DNA from: Eledone cirrhosa
Taxonomy: Eukaryota
Length of the DNA stretch: 64,000 nt
Reading direction: 5' to 3'
NCBI GenBank assembly: GCA_964016885.1
Contig: OZ024741.1
Location: 1,116,001 to 1,180,000 of the forward strand
Shown: piece after piece, positions 1 to 13,700 of the stretch
Layout of the letters: each line of letters starts with the position of its first letter
How positions within the stretch are numbered: the stretch's first letter is position 1
The notes under the pieces: generated by a model
What the model was told of the DNA's origin: nothing
What the model saw: the letters and a program-made list of their open reading frames with translations, nothing else
The model's database searches: none
Position numbers and translations under genes: made by a program

Positions 1-3000
1 TTCTAATAAGGAGTTTTAGAGGTTCTAACAGGGAGTTATAGAGGTTTTAACAGGGGAGTTATAGAGGTTCTAACAAGTTAACGGAGTCATACAGGTTCTC
101 ACAGGGAGTTATAGAATGTCCTAACAGGGGAGTTATAGAGGTCCCAACAGGGAGTTATAGAGGTTCTAAAATGGAGTTATAGAGGTTCTAACAGGGAGTT
201 ATAGAGGTTCTAACAGGTTAGGGAATTATAGAGGGTTTAACGGGGAGTTATAGAGGTTCTAACAGGGGACTTATAGGGCTTCTAACAGGGAGTTATAGAG
301 GTTCTAACAGGGGCGTTATAGATGTTCTAATAGGGAGTTATAGAGGGTTTAACAGGGAATTATAGAGGTTCTAACAGGGTGTTATAGAGGTTCTAAGAGG
401 GGAGAAATAGAGGTTCTAACAGGGAGTTATAGAGGTTCTAATGGGGTGTTATAGAGGTTCTAACGAGGGAGTTAGCGACGTTCTAACAGATTAAGGGAGT
501 TATAGAGGTTCTAACAGGTTAAGAGAGTTATAGAGGTTCTAACATGGGAAGTTATATAGGTTCTAACATGTTAAGTGAATTATAGAGGTTCTAACAGGGA
601 AGATATAGAGGTACTAACAGGGAGTTATAGAGTTTCTAAGAAGGAGTTATAGAGGTCCTATCAGGTTAAGGAAGTCATAGAGGTTCTAACAGGTTAAGGG
701 ACTTATAGAGGTTCTAACAGGCTAAGAGAGTTATAGAGGTTCTAACGGGGAGTTATAGAGGTTCTAACGAAGGAGTTAGCAACGTTCTAACAGTTTAAGG
801 GAGTCTTAGATGTTCTAACAGGTTAAGGGAGTTATAGAGGTCCCAACAGGAAGTTATAGAGGTTCTAACAGGTGAGGGAATTATAGAGGTTCTAACAAGG
901 GAGTTATAGAGGTTCTAACAGGTTAAGGGATCTATAGATGTTCTAAGAGGGAAGTTATAGAGGTTCTAACAGGGGAGTTATCAAGGCTCTAACAGGGAGT
1001 TATAGAGGTTCTAACAGGTAAAGAGAGTTATAGAAGTTCTAGCAGGGAGTTATAGAGGTTCCAACAGGGGACTTATAGGGCTTCTAACAGGGAGTTATAG
1101 AGGTACTAACAGGGAGTTATAGAGGTTCTAACAGAGGCGTTATAGAGCTTCTAACAGGTTAAGGGTGTTATAGAGGGTTTAACATGGAGTTATAGAGGTT
1201 GTAACAGGGAACTTATAGAGGTTCTAACAGGGGAGTTATAGAGATTCTAACAAGGAAGTTATAGAGGTTTTCATGGGAGCTATAGAGGTTCTAACAGGGA
1301 ACTTATAGAGGTTCTAACAAGGAGTTATAGAGGTTCTAACAGGGAGTTATAAAGGTTCTAACAGGGGCGTTATAGAGCTTCTAACAGGTTAAGGGTGTTA
1401 TAGAGGTTGTTATAGGTTGTTAGAGGTTGTTATAGAGAGGTTCTAACAGGAGAGTGATAGAGGTTCTAATGGGAGTTATAGAGAATCTAACAGGGGAGTT
1501 CTAGATGTACTAACAAGGAGTTTTAGAGGTTCTAACAGGGAGTTATAGAGGTTTTAACAGGGGAGTTATAGAGGCTCTAACAAGTTAACGGAGTCATACA
1601 GGTTCTCACAGGGAGTTATAGAATGTCCTAACAGGGGAGTTATAGAGGTCCCAACAGGGAGTTATAGAGGTTCTAACATGGAGTTATAGAGGTTCTAATA
1701 GGGAGTTATAGATGTTCTAACAGGGAGTTATAGAGGTTCTAACAGGTTAGGGAATTATAGAGGGTTTAACGGGGAGTTATAGAGGTTCTAACAGGGAGTT
1801 ATAGAGGTTCTAACAGGTAAAGGGAGTTATAGAGGTTCTAGCAGGGAGTTATAGAGGTTCTAACAGGGGACTTATAGGGCTTCTAACAGGGAGTTATAGA
1901 GGTTCTAACAGGGGCGTTATAGATGTTCTAATAGGGAGTTATAGAGGGTTTAACAGGGAATTATAGAGGTTCTAACAGGGTGTTATAGAGGTTCTAAGAG
2001 GGGAGAAATAGAGGTTCTAACAGGGAGTTATAGAGGTTCTAATGGGGTGTTATAGAGGTTCTAACAAGGGAGTTAGCGACGTTCTAACAGATTAAGGGAG
2101 TTATAGAGGTTCTAACAGGTTAAGTGAGTTTTAGAGGTTCTAACATGGGAGTTATAGAGGTTCTAACAGGGAGTTATAGAGGTTTTCATGGGAGCTATAG
2201 AGGTTCTAACAGGGAAGTTATAGAGGTTCTACCGGGAGCTATAGAGGTTCTAACAGGGAGTTATAGAGATTCTAACATAGAGTTATAGAGGTTCTAACAG
2301 CAGAGTTTTTGAGTTTCTAACAAGCTGACGGAGTCATAGACGTTCTAAGATGGAGTTATAGAGGGTCTAACAGGGAGTTATAGATGTTCTCACAGGGAGT
2401 TATAGCGGTTGTAACAGGGGAGTTATAGAGCTTCTAACAGGTTAAGGGAGTTATAGAGGTTCTAACAGGGAGTTATAGAGGTTCTAATAGGGGGTTATAG
2501 AGGTTCAAACAGGTTAAGGGAGTTATAGAGGTTCTAACGGTGTGTTATAGAGGTTCTAACGAGGGAGTTAGCGACGTTCTAACAGATTAAGGGAGTTATA
2601 GAGGTTCTAACAGGGGAGTTATAGTGTTTCAAACTGGGAGTTATAGAGGTTCTAACAGGGAGTTATAGAGGTTCTAACAGGGGAGTTATAGTGTTTCAAA
2701 CTGGGAGTTATAGAGGTTCAAACAGGTTAAGGGAGTTATAGAGGTTCTAATGGTGTGTTATAGAGGTTCTAACGAGGGAGTTAGCGACGTTCTAACAGAT
2801 TAGGGGAGTTATAGTGGTTCTAACAGGGAAGTTATATAGGTTCTAACATGTTAAGTGAATTATAGAGGTTCTAACAGGGGAGTTATAGAGGTACTAACAG
2901 GGAGTTATAGAGTTTCTAACAGGGAGTTATAGAGAGGTTCTATCGGGTTAAGGAAGTCATAGAGGTTTTAACAGGTTGAGGGAGTTATAGAGGTTCTAAC

Positions 3001-3167
3001 AGGTTAAGAGAGTTATAGAGGTTCTAACGGGGAGTTATAGAGGTTTTAACGAAGGAGTTAGCAACGTTCTAACAGGTTAAGGGAGTCTTAGAGGTTTTAA
3101 CAGGTTAAGGGAGTTATAGAGATCCCAACATGGAGTTATAGAGGTTCTAACAGGTTAGGGAATTATA
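1..3167. repeat. Tandem satellite, ~21-22 bp monomer GGGAGTTATAGAGGTTCTAACA with ~26-27 bp GGTTAA-containing variants (left block)
   Basis: Uninterrupted head-to-tail degenerate monomers; G-rich on the + strand; runs off the window start. Confidence 0.97.
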
Positions 3168-4768
3168 ATAATAATAATGAAATTATTGTGTACAGTGCTC
3201 AGGTGCACTACAACTCATCACAGGTGCATGTATAGTACATAGAATAATGTACAAATGTCAGGAAAATAAACAGTGTATGAGTCATGATATAATAACAATA
3301 ACAATAATGAAATATTGTGTACAGTGCCCAGGTGCACCACAACTCATCAAAAAAGTACATGTACAGTACATAGGGCAATGCACAAACATCAGTAAAATGA
3401 ACAGTGCACGAGTCATGATACACACATGTGTGCATGTGTATGGAAGGGGTACATCAGGTGTAGTTTTGGCGTATTTCGGGAAGCATGAGTGTCTTAAAGG
3501 ATGCAGTGTCTCGGCAGCTAACAATTGACGCAGGCAGTTTGTTCCATGCTTCAGCAACTCTGAGCGTGAAAAAATGTCTGCGAAAGTCATGGGAGCTGTG
3601 CTGTTTTCTTATCTTGTAGGCATGTCCACGTGTGTTAGACACATGGAGATCAAAGAGGCGCTCAGGGTTGCAGTTGGCGAGATGGTTAAAAACTTTGTGG
3701 GTATTCACCAAGTCCATTGCCAGACGTCGGAGCTTCAATGAATCCATGCCCAGGGAAGCAAGGCGTTCAGAGTATGGTAGGTGTCTGATGGAGGGTATGC
3801 GCTTGGTTGCACGTCTCTGAACAGTTTCCAGTCGGTCAATGTTCCGAGCAAGATAGGGGTTCCAGACTGATGATGCGAATTCCAAGTGTGGTCGCACCAT
3901 AGCTGTATACAGTTTTAAATAGATGGCTGGAGAGCGGCTAACAAAGGTCTTGCTGAGTGATGCCAAGACACCCCCGGCCTTCTTGACAATCTTAGAGACA
4001 TGCTTTGTCCAACGCAAATCTTTGCTGACAGTAATGCCCAGGTCACGTTCACAAGAGGACTTTTTGATGTCAGTGTTGTGGAGGGAGTATGTGGACGCTG
4101 GATTTTTCCTTCCAAAATGCATGGTGGTACACTTGTCCACAGCCAGCGTCAGTTGCCAGTCTGTGATCCATTGCTGCATTGTGTCCAGGTCCGATTGTAG
4201 GAAAGAGTTGTAAATTTCAGGATCAGTCCTTTTGATTTCAAGGTACAGCTTGATGTCATCTGCATATTTTAGTACCGTGGCATTCTGTAAGTTGGCATCA
4301 ATGTCATTAATATATGCCACAAACAAAAGAGGACCAAGAACAGATCCCTGTGGTACACCAGATGACATCTCATATGGTGAAGAATGCTGTCCTAGAACCG
4401 TGACTACTTCCTTTCGGCTGAGAATGAAGGATTTCAGCCAGTCGAAAAGATCATCCCTCATACCCATTGCAGAGAGTTTTGCCATAAGTCTTTTGTGTGG
4501 CACAGAATTAAAAGCCTTAGCAAAGTCAAGGTAAACAACATCCACCCATGAGCCGCTGTCAGTAATCCGGGTGTTGTCCTCAAGGAACTCGATAAGCTGA
4601 TCACAGCAGCTGGAGTTAGGGATAAATCCAAACTGTGAGGGCCGGATGAGGCTGTGAGAGCTCCAGAAGTTCCAAAGTGTTTCTCTGACACAGGATTCCA
4701 TCAGTTTGGCCATACAGCTAGTAAGACTGACTGGACGATAGTTGACAGGTGACATGCGGTTGCCCTTT
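3168..4768 (-). mobile_element. 5'-truncated CR1-type LINE inserted into the satellite
   Basis: RT ORF on the - strand, 3' UTR at 3168-3453 ending in an (ATT)n tail; satellite monomer split at ...GGGAATTATA|GAGG...; TTATA present at both junctions (3163-3167, 4769-4773). Confidence 0.92.
3454..4755 (-). CDS. Non-LTR reverse transcriptase, C-terminal part of ORF2 (CR1-like); 5'-truncated, no endonuclease domain
   Basis: NYRPVSLTS, QFGF, YLDFAKAF, GVPQGSVLGPLLF, YADD, RDLG and C-terminal TRGH...FF..RV...WNKLP motifs; no internal stops. Confidence 0.93.
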   Translation of the reverse strand: MSPVNYRPVSLTSCMAKLMESCVRETLWNFWSSHSLIRPSQFGFIPNSSCCDQLIEFLEDNTRITDSGSWVDVVYLDFAKAFNSVPHKRLMAKLSAMGMRDDLFDWLKSFILSRKEVVTVLGQHSSPYEMSSGVPQGSVLGPLLFVAYINDIDANLQNATVLKYADDIKLYLEIKRTDPEIYNSFLQSDLDTMQQWITDWQLTLAVDKCTTMHFGRKNPASTYSLHNTDIKKSSCERDLGITVSKDLRWTKHVSKIVKKAGGVLASLSKTFVSRSPAIYLKLYTAMVRPHLEFASSVWNPYLARNIDRLETVQRRATKRIPSIRHLPYSERLASLGMDSLKLRRLAMDLVNTHKVFNHLANCNPERLFDLHVSNTRGHAYKIRKQHSSHDFRRHFFTLRVAEAWNKLPASIVSCRDTASFKTLMLPEIRQNYT

Positions 4769-7700
4769 TTATAGAGGTTTTAACAGGGAGTTATAGAGGT
4801 TGTAACAGGGAAGTTATAGAGGTTCTAACAAGGGAGTTATAGAGGTTCTAACAGGGGAGTTATAGAGGTTCTAACAGGTTAAGGGAGCTATAGAGGTTCT
4901 AACAGGGAAGTTATAGAGGTTCTAACAGGGGAGTTATAGAGGTTCTAACAGGGAGTTATAGAGGTTCTAACAGGTAAAGGGAGTTATAGAGGTTCTAACA
5001 GGGGACTTATAGGGCTTCTAACAGGGAGTTATAGAGGTACTATCAGGGAATTATAGAGGTTCTAACAGGGGCGTTATCGAGCTTCTAACAGGTTAAGGGT
5101 GTTATAGAGGTTGTTACAGGGGAGTTATAGAGGTTCCCACAGGGAGTCATAGAGGTACTAAAAGGGAGTTATAGAGGTTCTAACAGGTTAAGGGAGTTAT
5201 AGAGGGTTTAACAGGGAGTTATAGAGGTTGTAACAGGGAAGTTATAGAGGTTCTAACAAGGGAGTTATAGAGGTTCTAACAGGGGAGTTATAGAGGTTCT
5301 AACAGGTTAAGGGAGCTATAGAGGTTCTAACAGGGAAGTTATAGAGGTTCTAACAGGGGAGTTATAGAGGTTCAAACAGGGAGTTATAGAGGTTCTAACA
5401 GGGGACTTATAGGGCTTCTAACAGGGAGTTATAGAGGTACTATCAGGGAATTATAGAGGTTCTAACAGGGGCGTTATCGAGCTTCTAACAGGTTAAGGGT
5501 GTTATAGAGGTTGTTACAGGGGAGTTATAGAGGTTCCCACAGGGAGTCATAGAGGTACTAAAAGGGAGTTATAGAGGTTCTAACAGGTTAAGGGAGTTAT
5601 AGAGGGTTTAACAGGGAGTTATAGAGGTTGTAACAGGGAAGTTATAGAGGTTCTAACAGGGGAGTTATAGAGGTTCTAATGGGAGTTATAGAGATTCTAA
5701 CAAGGAAGTTATAGACGTTCTAACAAGGCGTTTTAGTGGTTCTAACAGGGAGTTATAGAGGTTCTAACAGGGGAGTTATAGAGGTTCTAACAAGGTAACA
5801 GAGTCATACAGGTTCTCACAGGGAGTTATAGAATGTCCTAACAGGGGAGTTATAGAGGTCCCAACAGGGGAGTTATAGAGGTCCCAACATAAAGTTATAG
5901 AAGTTCTAACATGGAGTTATAGAGGTTCTAACAGCGGAGATTTTTGAGTTTCTAACAAGTTGACGGAGTCATATAGGTTCTAACATGGAGTTATAGAGGG
6001 TCTAACAGGGAGTTATTGATGTTCTCATAGGGAGTTATAGCGGTTGTAACAGGAGAGTTATAGAGCTTCTAACAGGTTAAGGGAGTTATAGAGGTTCTAA
6101 CAGGGAGTTATAGAGGTTCTAACAGGGGAGTTATAGTGTTTCAAACTGGGAGTTATAGAGGTTCTAACAGGGAGTTATAGAGGTTCTAACAGGGGAGTAT
6201 TAGAGGTTCTAACAGGGGATTATAGAGGTTCAAACAGGTTAAGAGAGCTGTAGAGGTTCTAACAGGGGAGTTATAGAGATTCTAAGAGGGGAGTTATAGA
6301 GGTTCTAACGGTGTGTTATAGAGGTTCTAACGAGGGAGTTAGCGACGTTCTAACAGATTAAGGGAGTTATAGAGGTTCTAACAGGGAAGTTATATAGGCT
6401 CTAACATGTTAAGGGCATTATAGAGGTTCTAACAGGGGAGTTATAGAGGTACTAACAGGGAGTTATAGAGTTTCTAACAGGGAGTTATAGAGGTTGCAAC
6501 AGTGGACTTATAGGGCTTCTAACAGGGAGTCATAGAGGTACTAACAGGGAGTTATAGAGGTTCTAACAGGTTAAGGGAGTTATAGAGGGTTTAAGAGGGA
6601 GTTATAGAGGTTGTAAGAGGGAAGTTATAGAGGTTCTAACAGGCGAGTTATAGAGGTTCTAACAGGCGAGTTATAGAGGTTCTAACAAGGAGTTATAGAG
6701 GTTCTAACAGGGAGTTATGAAGGTTCTAACAGGGGCGTTATAGAGCTTCTAACAGGTTAAGGGTGTTATAGAGGTTGTTATAGGTTAAGGGAGTTATAGA
6801 GAGGTTCTAACAGGAGAGTGATAGAGGTTCTAATGGGAGTTATAGAGAATCTAACAAGGAAGTTATAGACGTTCTAACAAGGAGTTTTAGAGGTTCTAAC
6901 AGGGAGTTATAGAGGTTTTAACAGGGAAGATATAGAGTTTCTAACAAGTTAACGGAGTCATACAGCTTCTCACAGGGAGTTATAGAATGTCCTAACAGGG
7001 GAGTTATAGAGGTCCCAACAGGGAGTTATAGAGGTTCTAACATGGAGTTATAGAGGTTCTAACAGGGAGTTATAGATGTTCTAACAGGGAGTTATAGAGG
7101 TTCTAACAGGGGAGTTATAGAGGTTCTAACAGGTTAAGGGAGCTATAGAGGTTCTAACAGGGAAGTTATCGAGGTTCTAACAGGGGAGTTATAGAGGTTC
7201 TAACAGGGAGTTATATAGGTTCTAACAGGTAAAGGGAGTTATAGAGGTTCTAGCAGGGAGTTATAGAGGTTCTAATGGGAGTTATAGGGCTTCTAACATT
7301 GAGTTATAGAGGTTCTAACAGGGGCGTTATAGATGTTCTAATAGGGAGTTATAGAGGGTTTAACAGGGAATTATAGAGGTTCTAATAGGGGAGAAATAGA
7401 GGTTCTAACAGGGAGTTATAGAGCTTCTAATGGGGTGTTATAGAGGTTCTAACGAGGGAGTTAGCGACGTTCTAACAGATTAAGGGAGTTATAGAGGTTC
7501 TAACAGGGAAGTTATATAGGTTCTAACATGTTAAGGGAATTATAGAGGTTCTAACAGGGGAGTTATTGAGGTTCTAACAGTTTAAGGGAGTCATAGAGGT
7601 TCTAACAGGTTCAGTGAGTTTTAGAGGTTCTAACAGGTTAAGAGAGTTATAGAGGTTCTAACAGGGAGTTATAGAGGTTTTAATGGGAGCTATAGAGCTT

Positions 7701-10700
7701 TTAATGGGAGCTATAGAGGTTCTAACAGGGAAGTTATAGAGGTTCTAACAAGGAGTTTTAGAGGTCTTAAAAGGGAGTTATAGAGGTTCTAACAAGGAGT
7801 TTTCGAGGTTCTAACAGGGAGTTATAGAGGTTCTAACAGGGGAGTATTAGAGGTTCTAACAGGGAGTTATAGAGCTTCTAACAGGTTAAGGGAGTTATAG
7901 AGGTTCTAACAGGGGCGTTATAGAGATTCTAACTGTGTGTTATAGAGGTTCTAACGAGGGAGTTAGCGACGTTCTAACAGATTAAGGGAGTTATAGAGGT
8001 TCTAACGGGGATGTTATATAGGGTCTAACATGTTAAGGGAATTATAGAGGTTCTAACAGGGAGTTGTAGTGTTTCTAACATGGAGTCAGAGAGGTTCTAA
8101 CAGGTTAAGGGAGTTATAGAGGTTCTAATGAAGGAGTTAGCAACGTTCTAACAGGTTAAGGGAGTCATAGAGGTTGTAACAGGTTAAGGGAGTTGTAGAG
8201 GTTCTAACAGGTTCAGAGAATTATTGAGGTTCTAACAGGGGGTTATATAGGTTCCAACAGGGGAGTTATAGAGGTTCTAATGGGAGTTATAGAGATTCTA
8301 ACAGGGAAGTTATAGACGTTCTAACAAGGAGTTTCAGAGGTACTAACAGGGAGTTATAGAGGTTCTAACAGGGGACTTATAGGGCTTCTAACAGGAAGTT
8401 CTAGAGGTACTAACAGGGAGTTATAGAGTTTCTAACAAGTTAACAGAGTCATAGAGATTCTCACAGGGAGTTATAGAGGTCCTAACATGGAGTTATAGAG
8501 CTTCTAACAGGTTAAGGTAGTTATAGAGGTTCTAACAGGGAGTTATAGAGGTTCTAACAGGGGAGTTATAGAGGTTCTAACAGGTTAAGGGAGTTATAGT
8601 GGTTGTAACAGGGACGTTATAGAGGTTCTAACAGGCGAGTTATAGAGGTTCTAACAGGCGAGTTATAGAGGTTCTAACAAGGAGTTATAGAGGTTCTAAC
8701 AGGGAGTTATGAAGGTTCTAACAGGGGCGTTATAGAGCTTCTAACAGGTTAAGGGTGTTATAGAGGTTGTTATAGGTTAAGGGAGTTATAGAGAGGTTCT
8801 AACAGGAGAGTGATAGAGGTTCTAATGGGAGTTATAGAGAATCTAACAAGGAAGTTATAGACGTTCTAACAAGGAGTTTTAGAGGTTCTAACAGGGAGTT
8901 ATAGAGGTTTTAACAGGGAAGATATAGAGTTTCTAACAAGTTAACGGAGTCATACAGCTTCTCACAGGGAGTTATAGAATGTCCTAACAGGGGAGTTATA
9001 GAGGTCCCAACAGGGAGTTATAGAGGTTCTAACATGGAGTTATAGAGGTTCTAACAGGGAGTTATAGATGTTCTAACAGGGAGTTATAGAGGTTCTAACA
9101 GGGGAGTTATAGAGGTTCTAACAGGTTGAGGGAGCTATAGAGGTTCTAACAGGGAAGTTATCGAGGTTCTAACAGGGGAGTTATAGAGGTTCTAACAGGG
9201 AGTTATATAGGTTCTAACAGGTAAAGGGAGTTATAGAGGTTCTAGCAGGGAGTTATAGAGGTTCTAATGGGAGTTATAGGGCTTCTAACATTGAGTTATA
9301 GAGGTTCTAACAGGGGCGTTATAGATGTTCTAATAGGGAGTTATAGAGGGTTTAACAGGGAATTATAGAGGTTCTAATAGGGGAGAAATAGAGGTTCTAA
9401 CAGGGAGTTATAGAGCTTCTAATGGGGTGTTATAGAGGTTCTAACGAGGGAGTTAGCGACGTTCTAACAGATTAAGGGAGTTATAGAGGTTCTAACAGGG
9501 AAGTTATATAGGTTCTAACATGTTAAGGGAATTATAGAGGTTCTAACAGGGGAGTTATTGAGGTTCTAACAGTTTAAGGGAGTCATAGAGGTTCTAACAG
9601 GTTCAGTGAGTTTTAGAGGTTCTAACAGGTTAAGAGAGTTATAGAGGTTCTAACAGGGAGTTATAGAGGTTTTAATGGGAGCTATAGAGCTTTTAATGGG
9701 AGCTATAGAGGTTCTAACAGGGAAGTTATAGAGGTTCTAACAAGGAGTTTTAGAGGTCTTAAAAGGGAGTTATAGAGGTTCTAACAAGGAGTTTTCGAGG
9801 TTCTAACAGGGAGTTATAGAGGTTCTAACAGGGGAGTATTAGAGGTTCTAACAGGGAGTTATAGAGCTTCTAACAGGTTAAGGGAGTTATAGAGGTTCTA
9901 ACAGGGGCGTTATAGAGATTCTAACTGTGTGTTATAGAGGTTCTAACGAGGGAGTTAGCGACGTTCTAACAGATTAAGGGAGTTATAGAGGTTCTAACGG
10001 GGATGTTATATAGGGTCTAACATGTTAAGGGAATTATAGAGGTTCTAACAGGGAGTTGTAGTGTTTCTAACATGGAGTCAGAGAGGTTCTAACAGGTTAA
10101 GGGAGTTATAGAGGTTCTAATGAAGGAGTTAGCAACGTTCTAACAGGTTAAGGGAGTCATAGAGGTTGTAACAGGTTAAGGGAGTTGTAGAGGTTCTAAC
10201 AGGTTCAGAGAATTATTGAGGTTCTAACAGGGGGTTATATAGGTTCCAACAGGGGAGTTATAGAGGTTCTAATGGGAGTTATAGAGATTCTAACAGGGAA
10301 GTTATAGACGTTCTAACAAGGAGTTTCAGAGGTACTAACAGGGAGTTATAGAGGTTCTAACAGGGGACTTATAGGGCTTCTAACAGGAAGTTCTAGAGGT
10401 ACTAACAGGGAGTTATAGAGTTTCTAACAAGTTAACAGAGTCATAGAGATTCTCACAGGGAGTTATAGAGGTCCTAACATGGAGTTATAGAGCTTCTAAC
10501 AGGTTAAGGTAGTTATAGAGGTTCTAACAGGGAGTTATAGAGGTTCTAACAGGGGAGTTATAGAGGTTCTAACAGGTTAAGGGAGTTATAGTGGTTGTAA
10601 CAGGGACGTTATAGAGGTTCTAACAGGCGAGTTATAGAGGTTCTAACAGGCGAGTTATAGAGGTTCTAACAAGGAGTTATAGAGGTTCTAACAGGGAGTT

Positions 10701-13700
10701 ATGAAGGTTCTAACAGGGGCGTTATAGAGCTTCTAACAGGTTAAGGGTGTTATAGAGGTTGTTATAGGTTAAGGGAGTTATAGAGAGGTTCTAACAGGAG
10801 AGTGATAGAGGTTCTAATGGGAGTTATAGAGAATCTAACAAGGAAGTTATAGACGTTCTAACAAGGAGTTTTAGAGGTTCTAACAGGGAGTTATAGAGGT
10901 TTTAACAGGGAAGATATAGAGTTTCTAACAAGTTAACGGAGTCATACAGCTTCTCACAGGGAGTTATAGAATGTCCTAACAGGGGAGTTATAGAGGTCCC
11001 AACAGGGAGTTATAGAGGTTCTAACATGGAGTTATAGAGGTTCTAACAGGGAGTTATAGATGTTCTAACAGGGAGTTATAGAGGTTCTAACAGGGGAGTT
11101 ATAGAGGTTCTAACAGGTTGAGGGAGCTATAGAGGTTCTAACAGGGAAGTTATCGAGGTTCTAACAGGGGAGTTATAGAGGTTCTAACAGGGAGTTATAT
11201 AGGTTCTAACAGGTAAAGGGAGTTATAGAGGTTCTAGCAGGGAGTTATAGAGGTTCTAATGGGAGTTATAGGGCTTCTAACATTGAGTTATAGAGGTTCT
11301 AACAGGGGCGTTATAGATGTTCTAATAGGGAGTTATAGAGGGTTTAACAGGGAATTATAGAGGTTCTAATAGGGGAGAAATAGAGGTTCTAACAGGGAGT
11401 TATAGAGCTTCTAATGGGGTGTTATAGAGGTTCTAACGAGGGAGTTAGCGACGTTCTAACAGATTAAGGGAGTTATAGAGGTTCTAACAGGGAAGTTATA
11501 TAGGTTCTAACATGTTAAGGGAATTATAGAGGTTCTAACAGGGGAGTTATTGAGGTTCTAACAGTTTAAGGGAGTCATAGAGGTTCTAACAGGTTCAGTG
11601 AGTTTTAGAGGTTCTAACAGGTTAAGAGAGTTATAGAGGTTCTAACAGGGAGTTATAGAGGTTTTAATGGGAGCTATAGAGCTTTTAATGGGAGCTATAG
11701 AGGTTCTAACAGGGAAGTTATAGAGGTTCTAACAAGGAGTTTTAGAGGTCTTAAAAGGGAGTTATAGAGGTTCTAACAAGGAGTTTTCGAGGTTCTAACA
11801 GGGAGTTATAGAGGTTCTAACAGGGGAGTATTAGAGGTTCTAACAGGGAGTTATAGAGCTTCTAACAGGTTAAGGGAGTTATAGAGGTTCTAACAGGGGC
11901 GTTATAGAGATTCTAACTGTGTGTTATAGAGGTTCTAACGAGGGAGTTAGCGACGTTCTAACAGATTAAGGGAGTTATAGAGGTTCTAACGGGGATGTTA
12001 TATAGGGTCTAACATGTTAAGGGAATTATAGAGGTTCTAACAGGGAGTTGTAGTGTTTCTAACATGGAGTCAGAGAGGTTCTAACAGGTTAAGGGAGTTA
12101 TAGAGGTTCTAATGAAGGAGTTAGCAACGTTCTAACAGGTTAAGGGAGTCATAGAGGTTGTAACAGGTTAAGGGAGTTGTAGAGGTTCTAACAGGTTCAG
12201 AGAATTATTGAGGTTCTAACAGGGGGTTATATAGGTTCCAACAGGGGAGTTATAGAGGTTCTAATGGGAGTTATAGAGATTCTAACAGGGAAGTTATAGA
12301 CGTTCTAACAAGGAGTTTCAGAGGTACTAACAGGGAGTTATAGAGGTTCTAACAGGGGACTTATAGGGCTTCTAACAGGAAGTTCTAGAGGTACTAACAG
12401 GGAGTTATAGAGTTTCTAACAAGTTAACAGAGTCATAGAGATTCTCACAGGGAGTTATAGAGGTCCTAACATGGAGTTATAGAGCTTCTAACAGGTTAAG
12501 GTAGTTATAGAGGTTCTAACAGGGAGTTATAGAGGTTCTAACAGGGGAGTTATAGAGGTTCTAACAGGTTAAGGGAGTTATAGTGGTTGTAACAGGGACG
12601 TTATAGAGGTTCTAACAGGCGAGTTATAGAGGTTCTAACAGCGGAGTTATAGAGGTTCTAACAGTTAAAGGGAGTTATAGAGGTTCTAGCAGGGAGTTAT
12701 AGAGGTTCTAACGGAGTTATAGACGTTCTGACAGGGGAGTTATAGAGGTTCTAACAGGGAAGTTATAGAGGTTGTAACAGGGGAGTTATAGAGGTTCTAA
12801 CAAGTTAACGGAGTCATACAGGTACTCACAGGGAGTTATAAATGTCCTAACAGGGGAGTTATAGAGGTCCCAACAGGGAGTTATAGAGGTTCTAACATGG
12901 AGTTATAGAGGTTCTAACAGGGAGTTATAGATGTTCTAACAGGGGGTTATAGAGGTTCTAACAGGTTAGGGAATTATAGAGGGTTTAACAGGGAGTTATA
13001 GAGGTTCTAACAGGGGAGTTATAGAGGTTCTAACAGGGAGTTATAGAAGTTCTAACAGGGAGTTATAGAAGTTCTAACAGGGGCGTAGTAGAGCTTCTAA
13101 GAGGTTAAGGGTGTTATAGAGGTTGTTACAGGTTAAGGGAGTTATAGAGGTTCTAACAGGGGAGTTATAGAGGTTCTCACAGGGAGTTATAGATGTTCAA
13201 ACAGGGAGTTCTAAAGATTCTAACAGGTTAAGGGAGTTATAGAGGGTTTAACAGGGAGTTATAGAGGTTCTAACAGGGGAGTTATAGAGGTTGTTACAGG
13301 TTAAGGGAGTTATAGAGGTTCAAACAGGGAGTTATAGAGGTTCTAACAAGGAGTTATAGAGGTTTAATTCGGAATTATAGAGGTTATAAAAGGGAGTTAT
13401 AGAGGTTATAAAAGGGAGTTATTGCGGTTCTAACAGTGAGTTATAGAACTTCTCACAGGTGAAGGGAATTATAGAGGTTCTAACAGATTGTTATAAATGT
13501 TCAAATGGGGGTTATAGAGGTTCTAACTGGGAGTTATAGCGGTTCTCACAGGTTAAGGGAGTTATAGAGGGTCTTACAGGGAGTTATAGAGTTTCTCACA
13601 GGGAGTTATAGAGGTTCTAACAAGGGAATTATAGAGGTTCTCACATAGACTTATAGAGGTTCTAACAGGGGAGTTATAGAGGTCCTAACAGGGAGTTATA

